From Lytechinus pictus (Eukaryota), in the NCBI RefSeq assembly GCF_037042905.1, contig NC_087245.1:3970001-4034000 (forward strand): a stretch of 64,000 bases of DNA, read 5' to 3'. The translations under genes were made by a program, and so were the position numbers. Of this stretch, positions 15,148 through 30,123 are shown piece after piece; within the stretch, counting starts at the first letter, position 1; each line of letters opens with the position of its first letter. The notes beneath the pieces were generated by a model. It was not told where the DNA came from. It saw nothing but the letters and a program-made list of their open reading frames with translations, and did not search any database.

Positions 15148-15220
15148 AGGAGCGCCTTGAGCACCTAACAAGGTGGATATGTGCGCAATATAAATACCCT
15201 ATATTATTATTATTATTATT
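15148..15220 (+). mobile_element. 5'-truncated 3' end of an L2/CR1-type LINE or related SINE with (TTA)n tail
   Basis: agcgccttgagcacc...ggatatgtgcgcaatataaatacc followed by (tat)n is the typical layout of an L2-clade/SINE 3' tail. The family is not identified. Confidence 0.6.
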
Positions 15221-18200
15221 AATTCAAACTTTCAGAAGTACGCTGAGAAAGACACGAAAGGAAAGGTATATTGATGCTTTCAACCAATAAAAGCAAATAT
15301 TTATGTCACAAAAATGAAAATATATGCCTATTGATGAAAATTACATGAGGGAAGCAGGTCATCATAATTTGAAAGTGATCAGAAAAAAATAAAATCAAGG
15401 CACAACATCCAAACCTGTCTCGAGGGGTCGCTGGATGGTTAGGGAGAAGATTTTTAGCCAACAAACTGAATATTCAAGAATTTATATTGTCAATGGCAAT
15501 AATATTGAAAGTATTTTTTGAAAATTCACAGCGATCCTTGTTATGGCAACTTATTTTAGAACAACCCAAATTTTTTATGTTGATGTTTTGATAAACCCAC
15601 AAGAACATTGAAGTGATTAGTAAAATAGAACTGATGAAATCAGAATGACAATTTTTGGAATCAGATACAGCACATATATCAGTGTGTTTGCAAGGGAACA
15701 CACCCCATTCCAGCATTAAAGATGTCATTTTAGAAACAACCTCCCATGACTGTAATTTCAAGGATAGAATCTTTAATTGTGAGACTTAATCTGAAGAGCA
15801 CTGGAGCAATCAAGCGATTGATTGCTGTATATTGGTTTTAAGCGAGGATGCAGGAGATCTCACCATGCCATCTATTGAAAGCTTGTATACACGCAGAAAG
15901 GCGACCTTGGCCATACAACTACATGTATTGCAACACATGAGGTCTTATGCAAAAGGTGAATGTTTTGACTGAAAAATACATTACACGTGAGCACAGTCAA
16001 GGTGTAACTTCAAAATGAAAATATATTTTGATAAAAATATACCTCCTTCTTCACCCTTTGTAGGGTGATTTTATTCTAATGTTGAAATTTGAGTGTAAAA
16101 CTAGAAAACCAGTATTAATTTTGTATCGGTTTAGATGTTACAAAAATGTGAAAATGAAAACAACAAAATAATGAATGTGGATAGAAATAGAAAGATTAGT
16201 ATAGGGGGGGGTAGGGGGAGAGAAAGAGATTGGGGGATAGATGCATGCAGAGATGATTCTTTGTTCAATATGAGTTCACTGGGAGGTAATAAGTGATTAT
16301 CTCAGTGGAAAAACAATCATGATAAAACAGTCTGGTAGCTGTATCATCTTCTAATCGAGGTAGGAAACCAGTGAACCATGTGTTGTTTTATTGCAAGCCA
16401 TCTGCGTTGGTATTTCTCTTAACTTTCTCTAGCTTTCTCCGCCCCATTTGATTCCCTAAATAGAGTCGCTTCCCTACATGTCAGGCATGCCTTAGGCAGG
16501 GTCAAATCTTCAAGAATCAGATTTTCACTTGCACAAGTAGTGCACTTTTAGCATTCTGATACAGGCAGAATTAACATAATATCTTATATGGGGGTGGGTT
16601 TGCTGATGTGAATTTGTATATAGAATCTTGGGCAAATAACATGACTATAAATGCCCAATGCCAAAATTTTTATTAATATATCAACACTTTAATAGTGGAA
16701 ATGCAATTCTCTCAAATCCTGCATACTCCTTAATTTTAGTTATTTTTATTCTGTGTAAGCATGTTAATGTTAATCACTATTTCTTGCTTTCTTTCTAAGA
16801 GATGAACTCACTGTCGTACACACAGTCTTGAATACTGACATAGATCGCTTTGAGTTTGGTTATTTACCTGGTTGGATTTTGCCGTATCTAAAATTCACTT
16901 AACAGCAAGTTAGCTATTTTTTTATATCTGGTATACAGATTTTGCATGTGGAAATTATACTAGATAATTTACATTTTTTTTCTCAAAATATGGGAATTAC
17001 AAGTTGCTTCTATTGATGTTTTAGGCTTTCCTTGAAAAGCTTTCTTGAATTTGTCCCGATAATTGCTAGCAGATCTTATTCCAGTCTTGACTGTGATGAT
17101 GTTTGAATGGTTCTAGATTGATATTATATCCTAGCTAGCATGGGTCTTTGAGATACTTGTCTGTACTCTTGAGTCTGTCTTTCCAGAACAAAGGAATTGG
17201 TTGAGAGCTATGTGAGTCTAATATCAATGAGTCAATTAATCCTTATTGGCCTTTGTACTCTCAATCTAATCGTTGAAGATGGTAACGTTGCGCTAACTTG
17301 GCAGTGATGTACGAGCTTTGTCGCTGCCCGCGACTGCAACGAGCGGGAGAAGATCGTTCATTACTCACGACATGGTAATGGGGTAAGGGTTTGGCGTGAA
17401 TCGAGAGGGATATTTGATCGCCGTAACTAATGTACACATTAGTGAATGTTACAACAGACGATGCAATGTTGTCCACTTCTCAAGGGCTCCAGATAGTGTC
17501 TATGTTTATGGCTTGTTTAGGTATCAATGTTCAGTTTACACTCCATCAATTCATGATGGGAAATGTCGAGATTGGGACATCGTCCAGAGATTGTGGTGTT
17601 CTTGTTAAGAGAAAAGTGATTTGAGAGTTCTCACATGTCTACTAAAACATGTAAAATATTGCTTCGAAGCTTTATCTCATGAAAAAAAAAACTGCTCACA
17701 TTAACTTACAGACATGTATGTTGTAATTATTTTTTATTCTACTTAAGTTTTAGCCATAAAGCATGTTTTTGATACTTTAAAATCATCTAAGCACCTACAT
17801 GGCTACATAACCAGTTCATAATTTGCTGACATGAGATGAATTTTCTGATTCCTTGTTTCCAGTTGAGAAATGTTCAAGATCAAACTTTGAAACTTTCTGT
17901 AAAGTTCCTGAATCAGAAGCTTTGCTTGAATTCCATCAAACGATCTACTGCATAGATGAAGGATTGCACTGGCCTGAGAGAGAAACCAGAGATTCGTAAT
18001 TAAGGCAAATATTACCATATTTGCCATCGGAGCACAAAGGAAAACCAATGTTATCTGTCACCCCCCAAAAACTATGATAGAACACACTGTTTTAAATTGC
18101 CAGATCTACTTTTCACGTCCTACTTCACACCAATATGTAAAAGAACAAAGTCATGAAAATTTGCAATTTGATGTATGACCAGTGAGTGGCATTTAAGATT

Positions 18201-21200
18201 AATGACCTTGAGAATACGATACTAGAATGAAAACATTGGAAGCTTAGAATGGGAATGGATACCACGGGTGACACAGTCTAAGGGTGATAAAAGGAACGAC
18301 TAATTCGGCTATTGATTTCGTTCATGCACTGAATAGCATGATTCATTGTGGGTTTGAATTATAGCATTCATGAATATATGGATGGAGGATTCATAGAAAG
18401 ACATAAAAATGAAGAATTAAGAATGTTGGAGGGATACATTTCTATGGAGGTTGACAATGGAGAGAGAGGAAAGGAGATGGAGGACCGAGATGGGGAGAGG
18501 GGAGGGCGACAAGGGATTTTATTTTGTTTAATAAGTTCCCCATAATAATACATACATTAAGGTGGATTGAGGCAGAGAAGAAAGAGGATAAAACCATGAG
18601 AGCTAATTATAGAAAGATCAAGAGAGAGCGAATAGAAATGAAAGAGAAAGAAAATGTTGTCTAATGTAGAGTATCGTATCTCCACGCCATTAATCCAGCT
18701 ATGGTCTGTTCAACAATGATAGTATCATTTTGCTGTAAACCATACCACGTCGACTTATTACAATCAGCCATATTATGGGTCATTTCATGCATAGCTAAGT
18801 GAACATGATAATATTGACCTTGGTTCTGTATGTTATCAGATATGTAGCATGGGGGAAAGCATTGGAGATTCGATTGGCTGAGATAGAAGATTGTGTAATA
18901 GGTTTTCTGGATTCTATTTCTCTTCTTTATAGCCAGAAATGGTGTGAGAAAAATAATTTGAAATATATTCCTGTATAAATGGGTGTCTTTATACGGCCTT
19001 TGTGTCTGAATGTTATTATCTTGTTACATCAAGAAGGACATTTTGTATGCATTAAATTTAATGGTATCTTTGATAGTGCAAGACCTGGGTGTTTCCTCTT
19101 GGTGTTGAATCTTGCCAATTTGAATCAAATTTCTCAGAAAATAACTGCTTCATACAAGGTTTTAGGAGATTGTGTTATATGTGTTTCTCAGGTCTGACAT
19201 TTTCAATCATATCCCTTTATTTCTTTAAATCCAGATTTGTTTTTTCAGTTCCAGCTATGACTTTAGCCAAAAAGGAGATTCCTCTGCTATTCTTTTTATT
19301 TTGAATCTACCTGTCGTACTACTAAATGTGATTGGTAATATACATATGCACCCTGTCTGATATACCATGACTATTGCAGCTGTGTGTGCTTAGTTTATCC
19401 ATGGAGGAATCAATAGCTATGCAATCAACTTGTGAGTGTGTCACTCCCTGGCCTATCCTTGTTGTGAAGATATGAGCTGGACTTGAAGTAATGGATCTGT
19501 GAATGATCACTTTCAACGACAGAGAGAGAGAGACACACAAAAAAAGAAGGAAAGGGGGGATGAGGGAGGTAGAGAAGAGGGGGCTGGCTTGGGAGAGGAG
19601 AGATGGAGAGGGGAAGGGAGTGTAGGAGGAGATGTTAGTGGGTGTGTGAGGAAAAGATTCAGACAGAGCAAATAAGAGAGAGAGAGAGAGAGACCAGCTG
19701 ATACCCTCTACTAGATGTACAATGATAAATGCTGAATGTGACTGGTGGTGTTGAAGTAATTGAAGATGACTTTTGTTGCATATCTCAAGGCCATTCATGG
19801 TAAATAACTGAATAATGAATGATATGGAGGAGAAATAATTTAGAATCCTCATGAAAAGGGATTTGTCAAGGAAGAAAAGCTATTATCTGTCTTGGAAGAT
19901 AAATAGTTAATTCCATGTGATTATTCTGGTTTGAAATTGTGCATTATGAGTTGAGCCGTTAAAGATGCAGCCAAACTTGGGCAGATGAGCATCATTCCTT
20001 TCTTGATTCTGAAAATGCAGTGCGATTCCCAAGCAAAACAAAGTTACTCTCTGAACATTTTGGTGATTTAAACATCTTTAAACGGCATACCCCTATTCTT
20101 CAGTGTGTTTCAATTAACATAATCACTTTGACTTTCTTCTAGAATTCAATCTTATGCTCAGAAAGCGTGCTTTATCTTTAAAGAGAGAGACGGCAAATAG
20201 AAATCATTGGTGGTTGTACCACACCCCTCTAATACCTATCCATCAAAGAGTTGAGGTGTTTTAAAGCATTGCCCAGGAGGGAGGTTGGAAATGCATCTCA
20301 TTCTCTGCCTTGGGTATGGTAGCTCTTACACGGTCTGTTCACATTGTTACATCCATTCATGTTCATGATCATCACTTTGTGTATTTGAACTTGCATTGGA
20401 AGGTCTGTTTGCATAGCTATTCTTGTTATGAATGTCATTGATTTCATGATTGTGTAAGTGTAAATGTAGTTTGTAACAGTAGTTGTTCATATCTGTGTAT
20501 TTTTTATAATGGAATTTGGAAATGGAACATTTCTAAAGTAGTATGTCCTGGGGGAAAAGACCGGATCTGAAATGAAAGTGTGATTGATAATGGGTTTCAT
20601 TTAAATAAAACTTTTTAAGAATGAAGATTCAAAGAAGCAAAAAAACTTTGATTCCTAAACTAGACAGAAAGTGAAAAACCTCTATTTCTAAACCATGCCG
20701 CAAGGAACATACCTCCCAAGTGATCAAAATTTTCATGAATTGTTATGTATTTCATTTGAATGCGATATTTCTTAGTCTGTTTTCAAACATTAGATTGCTT
20801 CGATGCTGAGATCATATAGCACATATAATTCTGAATGAATACTAAAGAAGAAAATAATGGATGATCATTTCAGCGGCAAGTGAAATAATGATAGAAACTT
20901 CAAATATTAGAGTGAAACTTCAAATAGTTCTTTTGAATAAACATTTGAAAAATATCAAATACAGCTGTGGGGGAATCATAATTCATTAATTTTCTTGTTA
21001 GATATTAGAATCATCTACACCTTTAACAAAACTACAATTCAAAAATAGAGTTGAATCAATACTTGATTGGATGAAATGCATTTTACAGATTTTTAGAAAC
21101 AATATATAAAAGGAAACATGTTTGTTTAGCGCTTCACTTTCTTCTCACTGTTTTCATATGACACATCTTTAATCTTGTGGAAAGCAACCCCACAAACAAA

Positions 21201-23549
21201 ATGCGCCATACAGTTTTAGACAGCAATGCAAATGTAGATGGGGGAATTCAATACTCTCCTGTTGTGGAAGACATTTTCCCTTGTATTATATGTCATGGTT
21301 GAACAACAGCTTTTATGCTTTTCCATTAGGTCTGAAGGATATGGATACTTACGCCTTCACGCAAGCGTGCCATAGAAATATTGAAGAGTCTTGTCAATTT
21401 ACATAATATTTCTGCAGATCTTTTTCATGATGAAAGATGAAATGACATGGAGAGTTTACTCATTGAAAGTCAAGAGGATCTCAATTGTCATAGTTAATTA
21501 TTTGATGGAGGATTGATGGGGAAATGATGTGTAATTTGCCTAATGGGAGCTGGAAATCAGAAAAACATCGGTAGCTTGATGAAAATTGTTGAGATGGTAT
21601 TATCGGAGGGTAATTAGCATAAAATCAAATGATAAATCAAATCAAACTAAACTAAAAAATTATTTGGTATGTACTTTCACAACTGGGTTTATATTCACCC
21701 TTTTCACTTATTGTGTGAACTCAAGTTTAATATTGAAAAAATGAAGAGATTGGAAATCAAATAGAAGACAGATTTTGCTTCCAGTTTTAATGTTAAATTG
21801 AAGTAGGAAGCTGTTTGATATTTCCTTGATTGATATGAGAGACAAAATCTTGTAATAAAGAAAGAAGGAGTCCGGAGACAGACATTGAATTGACAAAGAA
21901 AGGATAGTATGACAGGCTATCATCGAGAAAGAGTGAAAGAAGTGTAATAGATATGAAGAATTCTAAAGAGAAAGTGAGAGGGGGGGGGGGGAGAAGTCAG
22001 CGAAAAATAAGGAAAGAAAAAGATGTGGGCGGGAAATCTTTAAGGCATATCACTTCAAAGTCTAATTATAAACTTAGAAGATCCATGTCAGTCCTTTCAA
22101 TTTTCAGGCTTTCAGAAGTAGAATTAATGGAATGAAATAGCAGTAAGTGGTATCCATAACATTAGGGGAAAGCGAAGGTCAGAGGGCAGACCCAAGGCTA
22201 TAATATGATCCATCAAGGTCAAAATTAACAATTAGGAAAGATTTCCTCCTGGTTGGAGAGGATTTGATATGGGGCTGAGATTTCTCAGTGATGGGGGCAG
22301 ATGAATTATTAGAGGACACAGATTAATGTCAAGTTCACCATCATGGAACGGATGGTAATCTGAGAGGACCCTTCCCGACCCCTAGGAATGAGAGTAAGAA
22401 GAGGATGTCAAAATGATTTGTTTTGCCAATAGGGGGAATATTCCATTTCACTATGACACGGCACATTTTTAGAGTTGAGCTGGTAACTCTCTGATCTCAC
22501 TATGATTTGGTGGAAAGACTAATTTTACAGGCAGTTATGATGGAGATGTCATTTTATATTATCCTTCAAAAAAAAAAGAGAAAAAATAAGGGAAATGGAT
22601 CATTCCTGTTTTTGTGGAAGGAACGTAAGTGATTAGAAATATGAGAATCAACCCCGTGAAATGTCATGCACTCAGAGAAACCAATAGTCAAAGCACAATA
22701 TATAGGATTGAGTTGCCTCAGAACCAGAGGGCCATGTCCATTACGGAATAACTTTATGAATTAAAAATAAAAAGAATGTATTCAAAAGGAATCATCATCC
22801 CATTTTGTGAATAAACATTTAAGTTAAAAGATTATGGACAATATCAGGGGAATAACATGACTTCTAAATTAATAGCAATACATTGATTGAGATGAAAAAA
22901 AATTAGACATTAAGGTCATCAATATAATTCATTACAAATCTGTCAACACACCAAAAATTAGAAAAAAGCCCCCCAAATCAGGATGGCCTAAACCTTGAAT
23001 GGAGTACTCGTATGTAATTTGTACCAACCGACGGGTATGATACAAAAGCATACAATTTTGAATATGGAAAGAATGGAATGAATGCAGACTAATAGTAGAC
23101 CTCATGCATGAACTTGACACCAGAGATAAATAATGTCAACAGAAATTCATGAGACTGGCTGAGAAGCAGTGATGTCCCTCTTGCATTGGCTGAAAGGTTT
23201 GTAGGATTGTTGGCTGGGGATACCAATATTGGGAGCTAGGCTTCTCTCTAGTAGCATCATCAAGCTACCATGTGAATCATACACTATTTGTTTTGAGGTG
23301 ATGGTGCATACATAATGTGTGCTTTATGATTAACTTTCTGTACCACTGAAAGTCTCACCTTCCAATGTTTATGATTATGAATTCACTGTTGGTGATAGCA
23401 TCAAGACGAGAAGATTATTTTTATTTCATTTATTTATAAAAATATTTCAGGCAACTAGTAATAAAACATTGCTAGTATTCCATTATTGCCAAGTGTCTCT
23501 ATGCACTTTCAAAGAACCTTTGGTATCATTTTCCTGACTAATAATATGC

Positions 23550-23776
23550 AATAAATGTATCTAAGCCATGCATATAATTAACCTGGCTTTAGCATAGCTA
23601 TCATGATCAGATGCTCAAGTGTTGAAGGAGTTTCATTTTCGTATGGGTACCAATAGGTGAAGGGTAGTGAATTGTAGATTAATGTCTTTCCAAAGGATGC
23701 AAATGTTGTGGCAGGATTTGAACCCTGGACCTCATGATTCAAAGTCCAGAGACTTATCCACTGACCCACAACACTC
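23550..23776 (-). mobile_element. Degenerate tRNA-derived SINE
   Basis: The minus strand reads gtgttgTGGGTCAGTGGataagtctctggactttgaatcatgaggtccagGGTTCAAATCCtgcc, i.e. Pol III A- and B-boxes at tRNA spacing, followed by a non-tRNA body. The 3' boundary is approximate. Confidence 0.7.
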
Positions 23777-26700
23777 TACCTGAAGCAACCCAAGTGATGA
23801 GGTACTCAATTGCTTCACTTGGGTTGAGTGCAGCACAACAGTGATGAATTTCTTGCTGATTACATTTTTTTTCAAACATATAGGAAAATGATCTAAAGGA
23901 ATCCCTTAAGCTTTTAATTCCAGTTAACTGATTAAACAATGTACATGAACTACGATAAAACAACTTATAACACACAATCCATTACAAACTAGATTAGAAA
24001 CATATGCAGTTATATACAATGTGGCACTTTGTATACCACCAGTATACCACCATAAAACCTGTTACAGCTTACACACTTCTGATTAAGGACTCGGCGCTTG
24101 CTTATGTATGCAGAATGGCATGCATGCTTATGAATCATAATGGGTTAGATTCCTTCATATTCGTTGATGATGAGGAGGAAAAGAGGAGGAGAAAATTGTA
24201 ATTTTAAGAGACAAGAATGACAGGTAAGGAACACCTGACATACCGAAACGGTGATTTGAGTGTCAGTTTCACGCATCTTATAAATTTATAATTGCTGCGG
24301 TGGCTTTAGAGTGCGAGTGGTTTCCATGGTAATAGGCATGTAAAGGTATTGTCTTGGTGGTGCCCAGGGTCATCTAGTATCTTCAAGGACAATGTAGGAT
24401 AATAAGCAATGTGGTGTTCAGTTTGGGAGTATGAATAGCCATGAATAATTCCTCTACTTGGTCGAGTCTGTAATAAATTTCCTGTTTCGGTACAATATAT
24501 TTCAGCCCAGTTTTGTGAAAGAATACATACTCTTTATTTTGGTTTGAATATTAATTTCAGACCTTTAAAAAAAGTGATAGAGCACTGGTCATGCAATCCA
24601 GGATCCTGGGTTCTAAACCAAGTCTGAAACAAAGTGATTTTTCACATTGTTTTCTATGATTAAAGGAAAACAAATGAATTGATATTTTGAGAGACAGATA
24701 CACACAAAGACAGAGATAAGATCCACTCCCCACACTCCCTCTTTTCTTGTATTTAGTAAGATAGAAATCCACATTACAAATTTGGGAGGGGTCTTAGTAA
24801 AGATGCAGTTGTACCAAACCATTTGGTTTTTGTGTTGTGTTTGTGCAGTAATAATAAAGCAATTCCCCTTTTAAAAAAGCTTCCACATTTAAAACATTTG
24901 TTTTGCCAAGACTTAATTGAATTCTCACTCAGACTTGTGTGTAGGTAGAGTATTAGAGAAACAAACACATAAATCCATGTGGTTTGCCAGCCCATGTGAT
25001 AAAATGTCACCAATGTCCCTAGATAACATGATCTGCCCAACTTGACCATGTTTGGTCAGGGTCTCCTGGCTTGCTTCAGGGTTGCAGTATATGCTATCAT
25101 CACCTGAGACACAGAAGGACTTTAGCATTCACAATCTTACATTCGATTAATGCCCTTTAGCTCTGAATACTTGATATATGAGAGACATGATTGAACGAGA
25201 CAAAGGGCTCTTAATGGCATGGATCTACAGAGGACAGCTGTGGGGGAAATGTTATAGTACATGCTTTGAAAATTAATGGTAAAATTCCAGAGAACAATTC
25301 CACATTTTTTTTCTGTTGAGTACAAGAATGTGTAATATCCTATGGCAAAGCATGGATCTGTATTTTGCCAATCTCAACCCAGATGTTATGATATAGGTAC
25401 CCAGTATGATGTGCAAGCCAATGTATGTTAAGCTTTTTAGCTTGAAATGCTTCCCTGGAAGTGGAGAAAGTGCATTCTTTGTATGTGGGCAAGCTGGAAT
25501 CTGACACGCAATGTAAGGCGCTTCCCATGTATTTTGTGCTTACTTATATATATATATATATATGTATGTATGAAAATGAATATATTTCAATGCAAGCCTT
25601 TTAGTATAGTTGTATGAATATAATTTACTTTGGGTAAAGGGTCATAATATTCACCTGACTATATTACCCATTACTTTCCCACTCAACCCTTCCTGGATCC
25701 AACTCCGAACCATTGTCTTTACATACAGGATCCATCTTGATGGACACGATTTTTCCCTAAGGACACTGATTGCTTAAACATGTGTACATACAGCTGTGTG
25801 ATGTTTGAAAAGGGACCTAACATCTTTATAACACAAGGGAATATGTATGCTTGTCAATCAAAGACATTGAAGTCTTTCATGATGATCTAAAGAAGATGAT
25901 GAACAACTGAGCATCAAACACACTTTTGAATGCCTTTTCTTCATTCTTTTTCTCACTCTCTCTTTTCTGGTTTATTTCACCCTTTCCCACACATACCATT
26001 TTTTTTTGGGGGGGGGGGAGCTGAAGGATAATTAATGTTAAGAATTATTTGAATGTGAAATTCAAGCTTGAGTCATTGTGAATGTGGTGGCATTGTATAG
26101 TAAAAATGTAATTTCAGTCAAAAGACTAATGATGCGGTAAAGAATGCCAATCTCATTTTTAAAGTGAATGTTCTTTGGTCTTAATATGTGAAGGATGCCC
26201 TTACTGCAAAGATGCTAGTTCACCTTCAGATTTTTGTTTTTGTTTTGATGTAATTTAGATTAACCACAGTACCAATCTCTTTTAACAGAATAACTATTAC
26301 TGTCTTTTTTGTTGTCATAATAGTAGTTTGGGAAATTCATCAATTTGAACGATTATTAAAAAAAACTAAGATCATCCTATGTGGCTAGCCAACATAATTT
26401 TATTGTTTGGATGTTAAACTTTCTTTGCTAGAAGACTGAAGAGTGCACCCCCATCCCCTGCGCATAACATTATATCCTTTTGAATCAAAGTAAACAAGAA
26501 GACTGTTAGATAATGTTAAAAATGGGCTTGCAAGTGCAACCTTTGTATGTAGCATTCAAAATGAAACACTTTATTTTTAATGTGAATTGTTTGCAATTGT
26601 TTAGGAAGGTGTAACATTTCTTTGCTATCTATTTGAACAGTAGGTCATTGACTTTCTTTTGCCTGTAACTTTTTTTAATTGTATTAGAAATTCAAAGATT

Positions 26701-29700
26701 GATTAAATTTGTCTTCTGGACAGTTGTAGAATTTCACATAAATTGGAATCTTACATGGCTTTTCATTGAATGTCACAGTAAAATTGTTGAAAGAATCATT
26801 CCTTTTGGACTCTGGCAATGTTGATCAAATTTCACCGTGAAAGATCTCATTCAAGATGTGGACATATTCTGTGTCTCTTGGGAAAACATCATTTTATATC
26901 TTACAAGAGGTTTTAGTTTTCATATCATTACTGCCTGAAGAGAGACAGAACATTATGTAAAACTGAATGAAGCCATTGGGTATACGGATTCCATTACAGC
27001 TCGAATACACAATTATTCAAATATCCATTTTTCTTATTTACATTGAACTGTATTTTTCGGTCAGGGACTGCGTTATCCTGAGAAAAATGCCTTTTACTAA
27101 TTTCCTCTGCCATTTTTCTCATTTTCCATCTCTATTGTTTGTGTCCTTAAAATGGAAGTGCAATTAATCTGTGGTCAAAATGAATGCTACTATTCAACTT
27201 CAAATCAAATTAAGTTCCACACAGTTTTTCGACAGACATGTTCACAAATTGTGGTTGATTGCAATATCATCATAATGGCTGAAACAGTTGTTCAATTATC
27301 CAAATGAAGGCGTTTCAGAGTCTCTCGCCAAACAAGGCATTCTCCCTCATTTTCTGCTTTTTTCTACTTTTATTTCTTTTGTCTAGTAGTTAGTCATCTA
27401 CACGTAATTCTGAAAATGAGAATCTCTGGACAGAAATGTAGTTGCACCGTTCATGATTTCCGCATATCTTTATTCCCTTTGTACTATTTCATTGAGAAAC
27501 ATGTGACTACTATATCTTACTGGTATCTCTTTGCCAAAGCTATTTTGCTGCAGGCTCAATTTTTGGTCTAAAAGATTGGTTCACCTCAATTATTCTGCTG
27601 GGAATTGGATTAATTTCAGGAGTAAAATGGACCCGATGCTGACTATACTACCAGGCCAGGACAGAAACCTACAAATGCACTTTCTCCAATTTTACTAATG
27701 CATCTCAATTTTTGCTCATTCAGAGCTTCATTTCTTCCTCCTGTAGTTCTCTTGTACATCTCTTTAGGTTAATCTCCTATCTCTATATCTGCATTTTTAT
27801 TAGCCAATGTCCTTATGGCTCATTGGCCTAACAATTTTATATCGGTTCTTCATGATTTTGCTACATAATACGATTGTTTGTATGCCATTACCTGATTTAT
27901 CATATAATTTCCCCTTCCATTAAACACTTATTGTTTTTCATAAACTTAATTGTTGTTATCATGTCCATCCAAACTTGCTTTCATGAAATCATAATTAATA
28001 ATTGCAACAAACTTTCTAATTCTCATTTTGTTTTCATAACATTCTACACGGATGTGATTGAAGAGAGAGACACACACGTACCTTCTATCGCAATGCTTTC
28101 CCACTCTTGTTAAAAGCCCCCCTGCCCTGCCCTGCTTCTCTTTCTCTCTTTTAATTTACATAATTTTTTACACCACTTCTTAAATTCATCCGATATAGTC
28201 CAAGCTTGGCCCAATATCCCACATCTTCATCTTACACTGCATGCCCACCTTAGACTATTCCAACCCATAAACATTTCATGGATCATTTCTGCGAATCTCC
28301 ATCTCCATGGCAACTAATCTCATTGATGCATTAACCAAGATATGCTGTGGATTTAGGAATGGTTAATCCAGCAATATAGGATTATCTCCCACTCTCTGAT
28401 CCAGTTATAACCATGTTTGATGCAGTGCTTCTCAGGTAACAGTGAGGAGCAATAGTTAACTCACTGCTGGGAAACAGAAAGAGGAAGAGAAATAGAAGGA
28501 GTTTAGGTAATGAAGAAATATAAAAAAATTGGGAAATAGAAGCAGGGAAAAGGCTTTAATGAACACGTAAGAAACACTTATGATACTAAGTCACAGTGAG
28601 AGGAATTACACACAAAATCACCCTGCAATATAGAGATTTTGGATTAAAAAAAGAAAAATGTTGAAGATAAAGACAAAATGTAGATTGCACACCACTGAGA
28701 GGAGATGGGGAACACCTGATGGACTGTCATAACATGTAAGATGTGAGGCTTGATAACTCTGTGTTATATAGGCATATTATATGATGGTTGACAGACCTAG
28801 AGATGTGTCTGAGATATTGATGGGTTATGGTGAGAAAGATTAGAGGATGATGCATGAAGCTTTGAGATGTGAATGGGAGTTGAGGTAAATGAAAACAAAT
28901 CTAATACTTGTATTGAATATTCAAGAAAATGAAGGAGCTATGTTAGTTGAGATGGAAAAATGACAATCTAATGGAGGAAACAGATTATAGAGGAATTGAA
29001 AGGATAAAGTGAGAAAGAAAGAGAGAGATAAGAGACTGGAAGAGGGGAGGAGAGAGAATGAGAAATTGGTTGGAGAAAATGAACACTTTAAATGAGATTA
29101 ACAAAGACAAAATATCAGATGAATGTACAAATCTGCATTGATAACATTCTTGTATGAAGAACAACAATTTATTAGTGATTACAAACTGTGATATGTCATC
29201 TGTATAATTTTAATGGACATATAATAAATGCAATATTCAAGATAACAACTGTAATCCTACAGCTTTAATAATAACAGATGATTTAACCATTGTATTCATG
29301 CAAGAAGAAAAAGAAAATAGATGAAATGAACATGAAAATATGTGTCAACAAGAAAATATAATGTTGCTGAAAGTTGAAGATGATTTTTTCCCTCTTGCTT
29401 AGTTAAAACACATATCCAAGAATTACCTTCAAAACCTGTCACTCAAGATGACAATTAGTGGTTGAATTGCCGCTGGACTATTGCATTAAAAGCTACAAAT
29501 CTGGTGTGGCAGTATCTAGCCAAGGGGAAATATATCTATGTATTGGCCCCATTCTTGTTTTATTTAGCAATAGCAGGCGAAATATGCATTCCTATACATT
29601 GCCCATTTCGATGGTCTAAAATGGGATAATTTCCTGTCAAAAATGGACAAGAGAGGGGATGAAATATTTAGGTTTGGGACAGGTGGCTCTGAGATGGATT

Positions 29701-30082
29701 TTTATATAGAGATGAAATGAAATTGGTGTTGGAGTGTAGTGAAGATTTCTATGATCTCATTTTGATGAATGGAATTGAGGAATAAATTATTGGTAGCCAA
29801 ATGCATCATGTACAATTTGAGTATATGAAAAATAGATTGGTTGTTCTTTATGAAGGTTGGTGGGAGAGAAAATGTCATTTCAGCCTCAGTAAAGCTAGGG
29901 TGAATGATGAAACTGTTTCATGTGATATTGCATAAAACTATGTAAAGCTTTATTTTACAAATGGCCATATTATGACAAGCTAGATACTCTTAAACTAAAA
30001 TAAAACAATCCCTTATAATAACCTCAATTAACATGATATTAATTTAAATTGTATTTCTACTCTTTTCTTTTCTCTGTTGCAG

Positions 30083-30123
30083 GTAAGATGTTTTCTAGTT
30101 AAAAATTACTTTGATGAAAGATG
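30083..30123 (+). other. Candidate 41-nt non-coding/poison exon starting at a recursive-type splice site (AG|GTAAG)
   Basis: Long polypyrimidine tract tttctactcttttcttttctctgttgcAG is followed immediately by GTAAGA. A second consensus donor ATG|GTAAGT lies 41 nt downstream. No reading of the exon joins the 54463 exon in frame. Confidence 0.6.

Noticed and set aside
19322..19852. Longest ORF in the track (176 aa), and similar S/L/F/P-rich ORFs at 4341-4900, 6266-6558, 36746-37136 and 55300-55593
   Set aside because: These arise from GA/CT low-complexity tracts that lack stop codons, and they have no recognisable protein features.
23700..23776. tRNA gene on the minus strand
   Set aside because: A/B boxes are present, but I could not build a convincing full cloverleaf and it runs into a SINE-like body. 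Called a SINE head instead.
30114..30123. ATG at the end of the 41-nt exon as the gene's start codon
   Set aside because: Neither ATG (30114, 30121) is in frame with the NCKAP5-like reading of the 54463 exon, and the phase-2 junction would read TG|A, a stop.
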